Assembly: GCA_944386635.1 (NCBI GenBank)
Contig: CALXBV010000021.1
Coordinates: 293-64,292 of the forward strand
DNA length: 64,000 nt
Origin: an uncultured Clostridia bacterium
GTDB taxonomy: Bacteria; Bacillota; Clostridia; TANB77; CAG-465
Reading direction: 5' to 3'
The notes beneath the pieces were generated by a model. It had not been told where the DNA came from. It worked only from the letters and a program-made list of their open reading frames with translations, and searched no databases. Within the stretch, counting starts at the first letter, position 1; each line of letters opens with the position of its first letter. The translations under genes were made by a program, and so were the position numbers. Shown one piece after another: positions 1 through 9,884 of this stretch.

Positions 1-201
1 TTTTATTGTACCTTGCATCCCATATGAGAAAAATACTTTATCAATTGCTTCTTTAGATTCGCTATTTGATGAATTTGCTCCCATCTTAGGTACTATTCCT
101 TCTTTTAATATCTTATTTATAGTTGATTTATCTCTATTTGTAAAATGAAATCCTATATTTTTTCTTAGATCCTTTACATTATCCAAATTTAAATATTTCA
201 A
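1..201 (-). CDS. hypothetical protein, N-terminal part only (gene runs off the left edge)
   Basis: Own minus-strand translation: a GAGGTGA RBS is followed by TTG at 201..199, and the frame stays open to position 1 (KYLNLDNVKDLRKNIGFHFTNRDK...). No family recognised. Confidence 0.3.
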   Translation of the reverse strand, partial: MKYLNLDNVKDLRKNIGFHFTNRDKSTINKILKEGIVPKMGANSSNSESKEAIDKVFFSYGMQGTIK

Positions 202-217
202 TATATCACCTCTTAAT

Positions 218-1360
218 CTAATTACATATATCCACTAAATCATCCATAAAATTCCAATAGATACTATCTCTTCCTTGGTAATTAATAGCATTATTTCTAT
301 TACTTGTAAATACTACTATTAAATCTAGTTGTGGTACTACATAAATATATTGTCCACCAAAACCTTGTGCCCAAAAAGCGGTATAACCATTTTGTCCATA
401 TTCATCTATCCACCATTGATATCCATAATCTGCATATCCAGATGATCTATCAAATTGAATTCTTGTAGATTCTTCTATATATTCTTTAGATATAATTTGA
501 TTTCCTTCCCATTCTCCACCATTAAGGTATAATCTTCCAAATTTTGCCATATCATATGCAGTCATAGAAAAACCATTTCCACCATCGCATATTCCTTGAG
601 GATCAGTTTCACACTGTACACTGTTCATTCCAATTAAATCAAATAAGTTGGCTTTACCAAATTCATATGCTGACATTCCTGTTGCTTTTTCAAGTATTGC
701 TGCAAGCAAATGTGTACCAGCAGTTGAATAATCAAACACCTCTCCTGGAGCAGCTATACTTGGTTGATTAAGAGCAAAATCCACCCAATTATCCGAAGAA
801 CGCCATTCATACCAAATTGCATCATCACTAATATTAAGTCCTGATGTGTGAGTAAGTAGATGCCATATTGTAATATCTTTTAGATATTCATTATTAGAAT
901 TCTCTATTTGCGGAAAGTATTCTGAAATATGTACATTTACATCTTTGATATATCCCTTATCTATAGCAATTCCAATTAATGAACTTGTAATACTTTTTGA
1001 ACAAGACTGTAAAGTAAAAGTGCTATTTTTATCATACCCATCTTTATAATATTCACTTATAATATTATCATCTTTTACTATTACAGTAGAATACACCTGT
1101 GTAAAATCATATCTACTATATAATGAATTTAAAGCTGAACTGTCTAAACCATGATTTTCTGGCGTATCATATTGCCATGTCCATCCATACTCTGCTATAG
1201 AAAATGTCTCTTCTTCATTATTGTTTATTTCTATTTGTATATTTGATAAGTTTATTTCTATATCCTTTTTGTATATTAGAAATGTAGTAACTATTAATAA
1301 AAGTATTATAATTAAAATTATAAAAATAATAATATTTCTTTTTGTTAAAAATTTCTTCAT
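218..1360 (-). CDS. membrane-anchored serine hydrolase, beta-lactamase/DD-peptidase family
   Basis: 380-aa ORF with an N-terminal TM helix. S-x-x-K motif present in LQSCSKSITS. Overall beta-lactamase-related pattern (YSTAG, GGQYIYV). Confidence 0.75.
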   Translation of the reverse strand: MKKFLTKRNIIIFIILIIILLLIVTTFLIYKKDIEINLSNIQIEINNNEEETFSIAEYGWTWQYDTPENHGLDSSALNSLYSRYDFTQVYSTVIVKDDNIISEYYKDGYDKNSTFTLQSCSKSITSSLIGIAIDKGYIKDVNVHISEYFPQIENSNNEYLKDITIWHLLTHTSGLNISDDAIWYEWRSSDNWVDFALNQPSIAAPGEVFDYSTAGTHLLAAILEKATGMSAYEFGKANLFDLIGMNSVQCETDPQGICDGGNGFSMTAYDMAKFGRLYLNGGEWEGNQIISKEYIEESTRIQFDRSSGYADYGYQWWIDEYGQNGYTAFWAQGFGGQYIYVVPQLDLIVVFTSNRNNAINYQGRDSIYWNFMDDLVDICN

Positions 1361-1421
1361 ATGTATATTATATTATTTTTATATAATAAATTCAATTAAT
1401 TTCAGTATTGTGAATAAAAAT

Positions 1422-1949
1422 TCACAATACTTTATTTATTTGCCTTTTAAGTAAATCTTCAAAAATCTCTTTATGAACTTTCTCATCAATTATTATTCTT
1501 TTTATATTATCAATTATATTAGTATCATAAGTTTTACAAATTAAATTTCTATATTGAGTTATTGCATCCTGTTCTTGAATAATATTATTTTTAAGTACAT
1601 CTCTTATATCATCTATTTGATAATAAACATTACTGGCATCCCAAAAAGTACAATGATTACTAGATATATAACAAGATTTCATACCTAATTGATTTATTAT
1701 TGTTCCCAATATTTCTAAATGATGCATTTCTACAATAGATATTTTACCAATTATTTTTGCTATATCCTTATCTTTTAAATTTATATTTTGATAAACATAC
1801 TTTAAAACAGCAGTAAGTTCACTAACTTTTCCTGAAAAATCGTCTAATATTATATTGGCTAATATAATATTTTTCTTTTCTACATTTATTTTAGGATAAG
1901 AAATTTTGGCAACTTCTTCTAGTTTATTAAGCAAAAAATCATATTCCAT
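1422..1949 (-). CDS. ferritin-like protein of the Mn-catalase/CotJC family
   Basis: 175 aa. Paired E..H helices (IVEMHHLEILG and IDEKVHKEIF) plus SELTAVLKYVYQNI and QEQDAITQYRNLI align by eye with CotJC-type proteins. Confidence 0.55.
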   Translation of the reverse strand: MEYDFLLNKLEEVAKISYPKINVEKKNIILANIILDDFSGKVSELTAVLKYVYQNINLKDKDIAKIIGKISIVEMHHLEILGTIINQLGMKSCYISSNHCTFWDASNVYYQIDDIRDVLKNNIIQEQDAITQYRNLICKTYDTNIIDNIKRIIIDEKVHKEIFEDLLKRQINKVL

Positions 1950-1994
1950 ATTATCTCCCCCCTAACTAATAATATGTTAATATTTTTTATATAT

Positions 1995-2027
1995 GAAAAA
2001 AGCCTGAAAATATTAAATTTTCAAGCT
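1995..2027 (-). terminator. intrinsic terminator after the phosphoesterase pair
   Basis: On the minus strand, AGCTTGAAAA/TTTTCAGGCT form a 10-bp stem with one G-U pair, followed by a T-run. Confidence 0.55.
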
Positions 2028-2034
2028 TTTAATT

Positions 2035-2997
2035 TTACATTATAACATTTTTAGCACTAGTCACATTCTCAGTAACAAATTTAAGAACTTTTCCTTTACA
2101 AATAACAGTCTCAGAAAATTTAGCCGAAGGATAGCTAGTATTTTCATTTAAAAGACCTTTACTATCAAACACCATACCAGATGTAGAAGTTATCATAATA
2201 CCACCAAGTTCTTGTAAACAATTAACATGATAATGACCAAACTGTACGAAACGGATATTATAATTTCTGTTTTTAATAATAACATTATCCGACATATTTT
2301 CAAATTGCTGCCACATTTCTTTTTCTATTTTATAAGATTTAGTGTATGCAAGTTTACCAGTTCCATGTTGTAATCTTTTTACAACTCCTCTTATTACAAG
2401 ATTTGCTACAATTTCATTTATATGATGAAACTCTATTCCCTTTTCATTTAAGCCTCTTTGTACAAGAATAATAGGATTTATTGAATCACTTTTTTCAAAA
2501 GAAATATCCCTTTCTCCATTTATACAATAATATTTAAATTCTGGATATTTTGAAAATAAATCTATAGCAATCTGAGCCTGATCTTGTGCTGTTTTAGCTG
2601 TCAAATATAAATCTTGCTTTTTATAGCTTGGATGTCCCGCACATAAGTCACCAGATATATGAACATTTTGATAGCCACGTTCTTTTGCTAAGTCTAACAT
2701 ATATTTTAATGTACCATAGTCACAAAATGTACTACCAAAATATATATCGCTTAGCTCTAGCCATTTTTCTGTTACTTTCTCTTTACTTGCAAAAGAAATT
2801 ATTTCATAGTTTTTCTCATTAAATTTAGTTATATAATATGTTTTATTATTACTATTATACTTTATATTTCCAGTTGCTCCAATTAATTCTTCAATTTCTT
2901 CTTTTGTTAGCTCTAATTCTTTTAATGTACACTCCTTTAAGCGCATTTTAGAAAGTGCATTAGTTGCTTTTTGTGAGGTTAAAAAATCTTCTTTCAT
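2035..2997 (-). CDS. metallophosphoesterase-fold protein with degenerate catalytic motifs (paralog of the upstream gene)
   Basis: 320 aa. Motif I reads SDIY rather than DxH, and motif III reads GERD rather than GNHD/E. GD (ISGDLCAG) and GHxH (FGHYH) are retained. The N-terminal ~75 aa look HTH-like. Same length and layout as 3002..3961. Confidence 0.7.
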   Translation of the reverse strand: MKEDFLTSQKATNALSKMRLKECTLKELELTKEEIEELIGATGNIKYNSNNKTYYITKFNEKNYEIISFASKEKVTEKWLELSDIYFGSTFCDYGTLKYMLDLAKERGYQNVHISGDLCAGHPSYKKQDLYLTAKTAQDQAQIAIDLFSKYPEFKYYCINGERDISFEKSDSINPIILVQRGLNEKGIEFHHINEIVANLVIRGVVKRLQHGTGKLAYTKSYKIEKEMWQQFENMSDNVIIKNRNYNIRFVQFGHYHVNCLQELGGIMITSTSGMVFDSKGLLNENTSYPSAKFSETVICKGKVLKFVTENVTSAKNVIM

Positions 2998-3001
2998 ATA
3001 A

Positions 3002-3961
3002 CTACACCTCCTTTTGCCATGGACGATAAAATTCTATTTTTTCTCTTACTATTTTGTCGCCAACTATTGTAAGCTCTCTAAATACTCCGCCTGTTTTCCC
3101 AGTAATTCCCATACGCTTTTCTAGATCTCCATCATGTTGAAAGTTACCTGGCATAATAATAGTTACACCACTTATAGATAATGAGTATGTTGTATGAAAA
3201 TGTCCCGCTTGTATACTTCTTAAATTATAACATCTTCCACCAATATACACATCATTTAAATTACTTTCAAACACTCTAGAAAGATAAACTTGTACCTTAT
3301 ATGATGCTGCTCTTGCTGCGCCACCTTGAAGATGAATTAATCTAAAAACTATACCTGCATGTATAATGTTTCCTTCATAAGCATTTAAATAAGTAAACCT
3401 TTTTCCGCTTTTTGCCATTTTCGCCTCTAAGTATTTTATAGGGTCAAGTCCTCCCTTCATGCAAAAAGATTGGTCATGATTTCCAACAGATGTAATATAC
3501 CATAAGTCATACTTTTCAAGAATAGACATAAGTTCAGACACTTGATCAATTGCTCTATTATTCTTTAAATTATTTTCTTGTCCCCTATACACTCCAAAAC
3601 CGTCAAGTAAATCACCTGAGATGTGAACAAACTCAACGCCTCTTTTTTTTGCTTCAAGAAGAGTTTTATCTAATCCTTTTTTATCAAAATTCTTGCATCC
3701 AGCATGTAAATCTGAAATTTCCAAAAGTTTTAATTTTACCTCCTGACCTTTAGCTGGCAAATCAGATATTTTTATATAGGCCATATCACCTCGAGGAACT
3801 ATATAATATACATAGTCTTTAACTCTTGGATCATATTGATCTTTTATATTATATCCTATGTCCTTTAGATAGATAATATCTTCCATTGAAATCCCGAGTT
3901 GCTTTAACGTGAGCTGTTTATTTGTTAAATTTGCAATAAGTTTTTTGTTATATTTCTTCAT
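3002..3961 (-). CDS. metallophosphoesterase with a complete motif set, resembling the PolD small-subunit (DP1) phosphoesterase domain
   Basis: 319 aa with SDLHAG, ISGDLLDG, VGNHD and AGHFH. The strings GDLLDGFGVYRGQENNL and PGNFQ recall the DP1/B-subunit family as I remember it. N-terminal HTH-like region. Confidence 0.7.
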   Translation of the reverse strand: MKKYNKKLIANLTNKQLTLKQLGISMEDIIYLKDIGYNIKDQYDPRVKDYVYYIVPRGDMAYIKISDLPAKGQEVKLKLLEISDLHAGCKNFDKKGLDKTLLEAKKRGVEFVHISGDLLDGFGVYRGQENNLKNNRAIDQVSELMSILEKYDLWYITSVGNHDQSFCMKGGLDPIKYLEAKMAKSGKRFTYLNAYEGNIIHAGIVFRLIHLQGGAARAASYKVQVYLSRVFESNLNDVYIGGRCYNLRSIQAGHFHTTYSLSISGVTIIMPGNFQHDGDLEKRMGITGKTGGVFRELTIVGDKIVREKIEFYRPWQKEV

Positions 3962-4038
3962 AACAATCCCTCCTTAAATTTAAATTTAGGAAACCAAGCA
4001 AATATTTATTTAGCTCATATTCGTTAACAACTGACTTC

Positions 4039-4067
4039 ATTATATAGTATAAAATTTTTAGTGTCAA
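4039..4067 (-). promoter_or_regulatory. consensus sigma-A promoter for the phosphoesterase pair
   Basis: The minus strand reads TTGACA, a 17-nt spacer, then TATAAT. Both hexamers are perfect. It lies about 75 nt upstream of the ATG at 3961. Confidence 0.65.
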
Positions 4068-4185
4068 TAAATTTCTAAATATTAATTTATTTGTAATTTT
4101 TTTATAAATATAATTAAACAAAATAAAAAATGTACCATAAACATTATAACAATTCTCTAACATTTATAGTACATTCTAAATTATA

Positions 4186-4908
4186 TTACTGTATGGTACT
4201 CTCATTTTCAAATATCACCATGTCACAACAATCTTTTATCTTCTCATATTCTTCTTTACTTCTTAGTGTCCATGCGATTACATCTCTATTTTTTCTTTTT
4301 TGCTTTTGATAAAATTTTTTATCAATACTTAGATATTGGTAAGATATAAAGTTTGGTTTAGTAATAACATTAAATACCATTTTTCCTAAAACTATTTTTA
4401 AAATTCTTGATTTTACTTCTCTAATATTTTTACTAGAAATCTGTCCTCTTAATATATGTGGCGTATTCTTTTTTAACCAATAAACAATTCTTGGATCAAA
4501 AGACTGTATACTATATTTTCCATTATACTTGTTTAATATATTAATTAATTTTTCAATTAATTCCTTATATTTAACATTCGGTTTGACTTCTATTAATATT
4601 GGCACCTTTCCTGATACTAGAAGTAATACCTCCTCAAATGTTGGAATTTTATTTTCTGTTCCAAGAAGTTTTAGTTTTCTTACTTCACTTAATGTTAAAG
4701 TTGTAATATCATTTTTTATTCCAGTCATTCTCTTTAAACTATTATCGTGAAATACGACTATATATCCATCTTTTGTCATATTTACATCTATTTCAATAGC
4801 ATAACCCTTTCTTAGTGCATTTTCAAAAGCAACCATAGAATTTTCTGGTATATCTTCCTTATTAAAAATTCCTCTATGTGCTATATATTTAAAATTATTT
4901 GATTTCAT
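4186..4908 (-). CDS. glycerophosphodiester phosphodiesterase
   Basis: 240 aa with GDPD signatures HRG..ENS..AF and EIDV..TKDG..VVFHD. Confidence 0.85.
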   Translation of the reverse strand: MKSNNFKYIAHRGIFNKEDIPENSMVAFENALRKGYAIEIDVNMTKDGYIVVFHDNSLKRMTGIKNDITTLTLSEVRKLKLLGTENKIPTFEEVLLLVSGKVPILIEVKPNVKYKELIEKLINILNKYNGKYSIQSFDPRIVYWLKKNTPHILRGQISSKNIREVKSRILKIVLGKMVFNVITKPNFISYQYLSIDKKFYQKQKRKNRDVIAWTLRSKEEYEKIKDCCDMVIFENESTIQ

Positions 4909-4933
4909 ATACTACCTCTTTTCAAAATACCAC

Positions 4934-5788
4934 TTACATATTATTTATAATATCTATATATTGCTTTAAATCTAATTGTTCAGCTCTAACATTAATATCT
5001 ATATTGCATTTAGTAAATAATTGTTCTATTTCCTTTTTAGTCATATTATTAAATTTATTCGATTCTAATGAATTAATCATTTTCTTTCTTCTTTGTGCAA
5101 AAGCTTTATGTATTAATTCAAATAATAACTTTTCACTTTTAACACTATATTTTCTGTTTTTCTTTAAACATATTACAGCAGATGTAACATTAGGCTCTGG
5201 TATAAAGCTAGATTTTGGTACATCAATTTCTATTTTAGCATCACAAAAATACTCCACCATTAATGTAAGAATTCCATAATCCTTAGTATTAGTATGTGCA
5301 ACCATTCTTTGAGCTACTTCCTTTTGTACCATAACTGTTATATCTGATATATTATTTTCATCTTGTAATAATTTAAATATAATAGGTGTTGTTATATAAT
5401 ATGGTAAATTTGCAACAACTTTTACTCTTTTATATTTAGTATTTTGTTTTATCTCTATCTCATTTGCAATTTTGTCTATATCTACCTTTAAAATATCTTC
5501 ATTTAATAGCATATAATTATTATATTCTTTAAATCTATCATTTAAAATATCTATCATTTTTTTATCTATTTCAATGAGTAAAGTATAACCAGCTGAATCT
5601 AATATATATTCAGTAAGGTTACCAAGTCCTGGTCCTATCTCAACTACTAAATCTTCTATGGTTATATCAGCAGCGCGCACAATATGTTGTAATATATCAT
5701 CATCTATTAAAAAATTCTGACCATATCTTTTATTTGCTTTTATATCAAATTTATTGATTATTTTTTTTGTTTTACTTAAAGTATTCAT
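4934..5788 (-). CDS. rsmA: 16S rRNA (adenine1518/1519-N6)-dimethyltransferase
   Basis: KsgA pattern: QNFL, SAM site VEIGPGLGNLT, NLPYYITTPI. I place the start at the internal ATG at 5788, which is preceded by AAAGGA. Confidence 0.9.
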   Translation of the reverse strand: MNTLSKTKKIINKFDIKANKRYGQNFLIDDDILQHIVRAADITIEDLVVEIGPGLGNLTEYILDSAGYTLLIEIDKKMIDILNDRFKEYNNYMLLNEDILKVDIDKIANEIEIKQNTKYKRVKVVANLPYYITTPIIFKLLQDENNISDITVMVQKEVAQRMVAHTNTKDYGILTLMVEYFCDAKIEIDVPKSSFIPEPNVTSAVICLKKNRKYSVKSEKLLFELIHKAFAQRRKKMINSLESNKFNNMTKKEIEQLFTKCNIDINVRAEQLDLKQYIDIINNM

Positions 5789-5846
5789 TATTATTTTCCT
5801 TTCAAAAAACAAAAAGAATAGCATATGCTATTCTCTTTTAACATCT

Positions 5847-6914
5847 TTATATTCCACCAGTATTAATCAATCTTTCCCTAGTCGAAAGTATATTATTACT
5901 ATATGCTCTATCTATTATTCCCTGACTAAAACAATTATTATAATACCCACTTTCTCCCATATTGTATGAGTTTAGTGCATATACTATTTTAGTCTGCTCA
6001 TCTGATACTTTAGTTGCAGCAATTTGCATATACAAATTAAGCATATATGCCCCTGCTGTCATATTATCATATGGATCTAATAAATCAGTTATTCCAAGCT
6101 TAGCATTTAAATTAGAATAATTTGATATACCTATTTGACAAAGCCCATATGCATATCCTCCAGCACCAATTACACTTGCATTAAATCCACTTTCTCTATA
6201 CATAAGTGCAATAAATAATGGATAATCTATACCATATCTTTTACACAAATTATATGCATATTGTTGATATTCTACTGGTAATGATATATTATAAGCTACA
6301 AAGCCACCGTCCACAACTTGAGTACTTATGGATGTAACTACTTCACTTCTTGAAACGGTTACTTTAGTTCCTACTTCAACTACTCTATTTTGCGCTTGAG
6401 CTAATATTTCTGATCCTATTTCATCTTTTTGAATTACTTTATCTTTTGTTGATTTTACTATATAACTTATTGATTTAGATCCTTCAACACCTTCTTGCAA
6501 TACTTGTGTTGTTCCAGAATCCACTTCTTCATTATTTACTGTTTCTTCTTCAAATGGTATTGTTTGTATTTCTTCTTTTACACTAGCAATTATTGGAGAA
6601 TATGACTCTCTAATGCTCTCAACATCAAAAGTACTTTCACTAGTATCCGAAATAGCTATTGTCATTCCGTTTACTAATCTTGAATCTTTTGATGGCTCCA
6701 CTAAAGCATCTTCATCTACAAATATATTATTTTGAAATAAAAACGCTTCTACTGAGCTAGCTAAAGTTTTAATACTTTTTACATCACCATAATAATTAAA
6801 TGTTACTGTCTTAAGTTGAGTTGTTATCGCAAGTAATCCTGCTGTAGCAAATATAAGGACAAGACTTACAACTGTAAGTACCTTTCTAATTATATATGCT
6901 TTATCTTCTTCCAC
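5847..6914 (-). CDS. YabE/RpfB-like cell-wall protein (DUF348-like repeat, G5 domain, C-terminal lytic transglycosylase)
   Basis: 355 aa. N-terminal TM, a G5-like segment (VLQEGVEGSKSISYIV) and an SLT-like catalytic region (LFIALMYRESGFN). Its position next to rsmA matches many Firmicutes. Confidence 0.7.
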   Translation of the reverse strand: MEEDKAYIIRKVLTVVSLVLIFATAGLLAITTQLKTVTFNYYGDVKSIKTLASSVEAFLFQNNIFVDEDALVEPSKDSRLVNGMTIAISDTSESTFDVESIRESYSPIIASVKEEIQTIPFEEETVNNEEVDSGTTQVLQEGVEGSKSISYIVKSTKDKVIQKDEIGSEILAQAQNRVVEVGTKVTVSRSEVVTSISTQVVDGGFVAYNISLPVEYQQYAYNLCKRYGIDYPLFIALMYRESGFNASVIGAGGYAYGLCQIGISNYSNLNAKLGITDLLDPYDNMTAGAYMLNLYMQIAATKVSDEQTKIVYALNSYNMGESGYYNNCFSQGIIDRAYSNNILSTRERLINTGGI

Positions 6915-7160
6915 AAAAATTCCTCCTAAGATTATTTAACAAGCTTATTATACTATATAATATATTCTTTGTCAAATTCTTTATGCATCATATATATTAG
7001 CACAAAATATTATTACCCGATTAATTACTAATTTTCTTACAACTTTAATATACTTATATTAAGTTAATATCTATGTGATTGTTCTGTGTTTTTTATTGCA
7101 AATAAATTAAATAAATGATAAAATATTTTTAGCACATTATAATATAAGGAGGTATGTTTT

Positions 7161-7709
7161 ATGTGGATATTAATTGTAGTTATAATCATAGTAGTAATCA
7201 TATTAGCTATTATAGGAATGTATAACAATCTAGTATCTTTAAAAATGAGAGTAAAAAATGCTTGGGCACAAATTGATACACAATTAAAAAGAAGATTTGA
7301 TTTAATCCCAAACTTAGTAGAAACTGTAAAAGGATATGCAAATCATGAGCAATCAACTCTTGATGAAGTAATCAAGGCAAGAAATAGTTATGTTTCTGCA
7401 ACTAGTGTTGAAGATAAAGCTTCTGCTAATAATCAATTAAATCAAACTTTAAAAAATTTATTTGCTTTATCTGAATCATATCCTGATTTAAAAGCAAATG
7501 AGAATTTTATGGCTTTACAAACAGAGCTTTCTGGAACAGAGGATAAAATTGCATACTCTAGACAATTTTATAACGATACAGTTCAAATGTACAATACAGC
7601 AATAATGAAGTTTCCAACTAACTTAATTGCAGGAATGCTTGGATTTAAAGAAGAAGCATTTTTCCAAATCGATGAAACTGAAAAAAATCCTGTAAAAATA
7701 CAATTTTAA
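7161..7709 (+). CDS. lemA: LemA family membrane protein
   Basis: 182 aa. N-terminal TM followed by the typical LemA pattern (NAWAQIDTQLKRRFDLIPNLVETVKGY). AGGAGG RBS. Confidence 0.85.
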   Translation: MWILIVVIIIVVIILAIIGMYNNLVSLKMRVKNAWAQIDTQLKRRFDLIPNLVETVKGYANHEQSTLDEVIKARNSYVSATSVEDKASANNQLNQTLKNLFALSESYPDLKANENFMALQTELSGTEDKIAYSRQFYNDTVQMYNTAIMKFPTNLIAGMLGFKEEAFFQIDETEKNPVKIQF

Positions 7710-7726
7710 TTTAATAAGGAATATTT

Positions 7727-8620
7727 ATGATTTTAAAAGCAGTAAGAGATAACAAAATTGAATCGTATGCCATAATATTAGGTTTCTTGTTTATAGTGAC
7801 TCTAATAATATACTTTGTATGTTATTATATGAATTTAGGACCATACTCTATAATTATAGCTTTAGCTTTTTCATCAGTAAGTTGTTTAATATCATATTAT
7901 AATTGTGATAAAATGGTACTCGCTATGAATGGAGCTAGACCCGCAAATGAAGAGCAAGATAAATTACTTAGTAGTATATTAGATGGATTATGCATTTCTT
8001 CTGGACTACCTAAGCCAAAATTATATATAATAAATGATCCATCTCCTAATGCTTTTGCTACTGGTAGAAATCCACAAAATGCTGTAATTTGTTTTACTAC
8101 TGGTATAATAGAAAAAATGGATAAATATGAATTAGAAGGCGTTATGGCACATGAGTTATCCCATATTAAAAATTATGATATTTTACTGTCAACTGTAATA
8201 TCTGTTTTTGCAGGATTTGTTGTTATGGTTGCTGATTTTGTATTAAGATTTGGATTTTTTAGAAGAAGACATTCTGACGATGATAGAGAAAGTGGACCAC
8301 TAGATGCAATTATAATGATTGTAGGATTAATTTTTCTTTTACTATCCCCATTATTTACTAAACTAATTCAGCTTGCTGTATCTAGAAAAAGAGAATACTT
8401 AGCAGATGCAACAGCAGTTGAATTTACTAGAAATCCCAAAGGGTTGATATCAGCATTAAAAAAATTACAAGCTGATGAATCTAGTATGAAAAATATAAGT
8501 AATGCAACAGCTCATATGTATATAAATGAACCGGATAAAAAGAAAAGAGAAAAAACTGATATTTTTTCTACACATCCCCCATTGTCTGAACGTATTGCAA
8601 GACTTGAAAATATACATTAA
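7727..8620 (+). CDS. htpX: M48 family zinc metalloprotease HtpX
   Basis: 297 aa. HELSHIKN (HExxH), four TM segments, and NAFATG upstream of the zinc site. Confidence 0.85.
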   Translation: MILKAVRDNKIESYAIILGFLFIVTLIIYFVCYYMNLGPYSIIIALAFSSVSCLISYYNCDKMVLAMNGARPANEEQDKLLSSILDGLCISSGLPKPKLYIINDPSPNAFATGRNPQNAVICFTTGIIEKMDKYELEGVMAHELSHIKNYDILLSTVISVFAGFVVMVADFVLRFGFFRRRHSDDDRESGPLDAIIMIVGLIFLLLSPLFTKLIQLAVSRKREYLADATAVEFTRNPKGLISALKKLQADESSMKNISNATAHMYINEPDKKKREKTDIFSTHPPLSERIARLENIH

Positions 8621-8626
8621 TATAAA

Positions 8627-8668
8627 AAAACACTTTAAAAAATTTTATATTTTTAAAGTGTTTTTTAT
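8627..8668 (+). terminator. intrinsic terminator after htpX
   Basis: AACACTTTAAAA / TTTTAAAGTGTT stem followed by a T-run. Confidence 0.75.
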
Positions 8669-8732
8669 TAGTTTACTATTTAAAAACGTACTTGTATATG
8701 ATATACTTAAACTTGTAATTAAGGAGGGCAAA

Positions 8733-9191
8733 ATGAAATTAAGAGGATTTGAAGTTGCAAAAGGATTTGAAGATAAACAAATTAATCTTCCTGAAAGAAA
8801 AACTAAATACTCTGCAGGATACGATATAGAAGCTGCAGAAGATACAATTGTTACTAGTATAAAAAAACAAAGTACACCTACATTAATAAAAACAGGGCTA
8901 AAAGCATATATGCAAGATGATGAAGTGCTTCTTTTATATAATAGAAGTTCTAATCCTAAGAAAAAAGGTCTTATTATGGCAAATAGTGTTGGTGTAATAG
9001 ATAAAGATTATTATGGAAATCCAGATAATGATGGACACTTTATGTTTTCTTTCTATAATATAAAAGATGAAGATATATTAATAAAAAAAGGTGAATGCAT
9101 AGGACAAGCCATTTTTCAAAAATATCTAATAGCTGATAATGATAATGCTGAAGGTATTCGCATTGGTGGATTTGGAAGCACAACAAAATAA
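8733..9191 (+). CDS. dut: dUTP diphosphatase (trimeric dUTPase, YncF-like)
   Basis: Start moved to the ATG at 8733, behind AAGGAGGG. Motifs: SAGYDI, NSVGVIDKDYYG, C-terminal GGFGSTTK. The upstream 69 codons of the track ORF run through the htpX terminator. Confidence 0.85.
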   Translation: MKLRGFEVAKGFEDKQINLPERKTKYSAGYDIEAAEDTIVTSIKKQSTPTLIKTGLKAYMQDDEVLLLYNRSSNPKKKGLIMANSVGVIDKDYYGNPDNDGHFMFSFYNIKDEDILIKKGECIGQAIFQKYLIADNDNAEGIRIGGFGSTTK

Positions 9192-9214
9192 GAAGCAACA
9201 GCTTCTTTTTTTTT
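9191..9214 (+). terminator. intrinsic terminator after dut
   Basis: AGAAGC-AACA-GCTTCT followed by T8. Confidence 0.7.
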
Positions 9215-9284
9215 CGATTTATTTAATATTATTAACTTTTTGAAATATATATGTTATAATAAAAGAACTTAGGAGTGATATAAA

Positions 9285-9869
9285 GTGCAAGACTTATATA
9301 TATATATCAATAAGGATAATGTTGACACTTGTCTAAAATATGGAATTAAACTCTCTGAATATAGTAATAAAATTCTTAAGTTACAAAATACAGAAAAAAG
9401 AGGAATCTTGGCTTTTCTTTCACCAAAAGATTCTGATTTATATACAGATGAAAATTATGAATGCATCAGAGTAATACCAAATAGTTTAAACATAGTAATA
9501 TATAATAAAATATGTGAAGATACACCACTTATTGATAACTTTTATTGTGATATATCTGAGTATACTATTGGAGACTATGAGCTCCCAGAAGCCATTATTT
9601 GTTCATCTATTTTACAAGAAAACTTATCGGCTTATAATAAAATTTTAGACAAACCATTATTAGTACAAAATTCTCGTGAATTTTATTATGAAAAAAGCAT
9701 AAATGATATTTTAGACTCTGATAAATTCAGTAAATATGAACTATATCAAACTCTTTTAATACTTGGAGATCAAAAAAAGGTATTTGATGTAAGCAAAGAA
9801 GGAGATCTAAAGCTATATAAAGATTCTATAAGTGGCAAAACATATACCAAAAGGAGCAATTTCTATTAA
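9285..9869 (+). CDS. hypothetical protein
   Basis: 194-aa ORF. GTG start behind AGGAGTGA. Composition is not low-complexity. No family recognised. Confidence 0.55.
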   Translation: MQDLYIYINKDNVDTCLKYGIKLSEYSNKILKLQNTEKRGILAFLSPKDSDLYTDENYECIRVIPNSLNIVIYNKICEDTPLIDNFYCDISEYTIGDYELPEAIICSSILQENLSAYNKILDKPLLVQNSREFYYEKSINDILDSDKFSKYELYQTLLILGDQKKVFDVSKEGDLKLYKDSISGKTYTKRSNFY

Positions 9870-9882
9870 TTGCTCCTTTTAC
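9849..9882. terminator. hairpin shared by two convergent genes
   Basis: AAGGAGCAAT / ATTGCTCCTT is a 10-bp perfect stem spanning the stop codon at 9867..9869. The flanking A/T runs are weak. Confidence 0.45.
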
Positions 9883-9884
9883 TT

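Noticed and set aside
3948-4163. A 71-aa minus-strand ORF between the GDPD gene and the phosphoesterase pair.
   Set aside because: It covers the consensus promoter (4039..4067) and the leader of the phosphoesterase operon, has no RBS, and has an implausible composition.
6915-7160. A c-di-AMP (ydaO-type) riboswitch upstream of the G5/lytic-transglycosylase gene, as seen for some cell-wall hydrolases.
   Set aside because: The region is almost pure AT and lacks the GC-rich conserved cores of that RNA.
8526-8732. N-terminal 69-codon extension of the dut ORF.
   Set aside because: The extension runs through the htpX stop codon region and its terminator hairpin. A strong RBS precedes the internal ATG at 8733, and dUTPase homology starts there.
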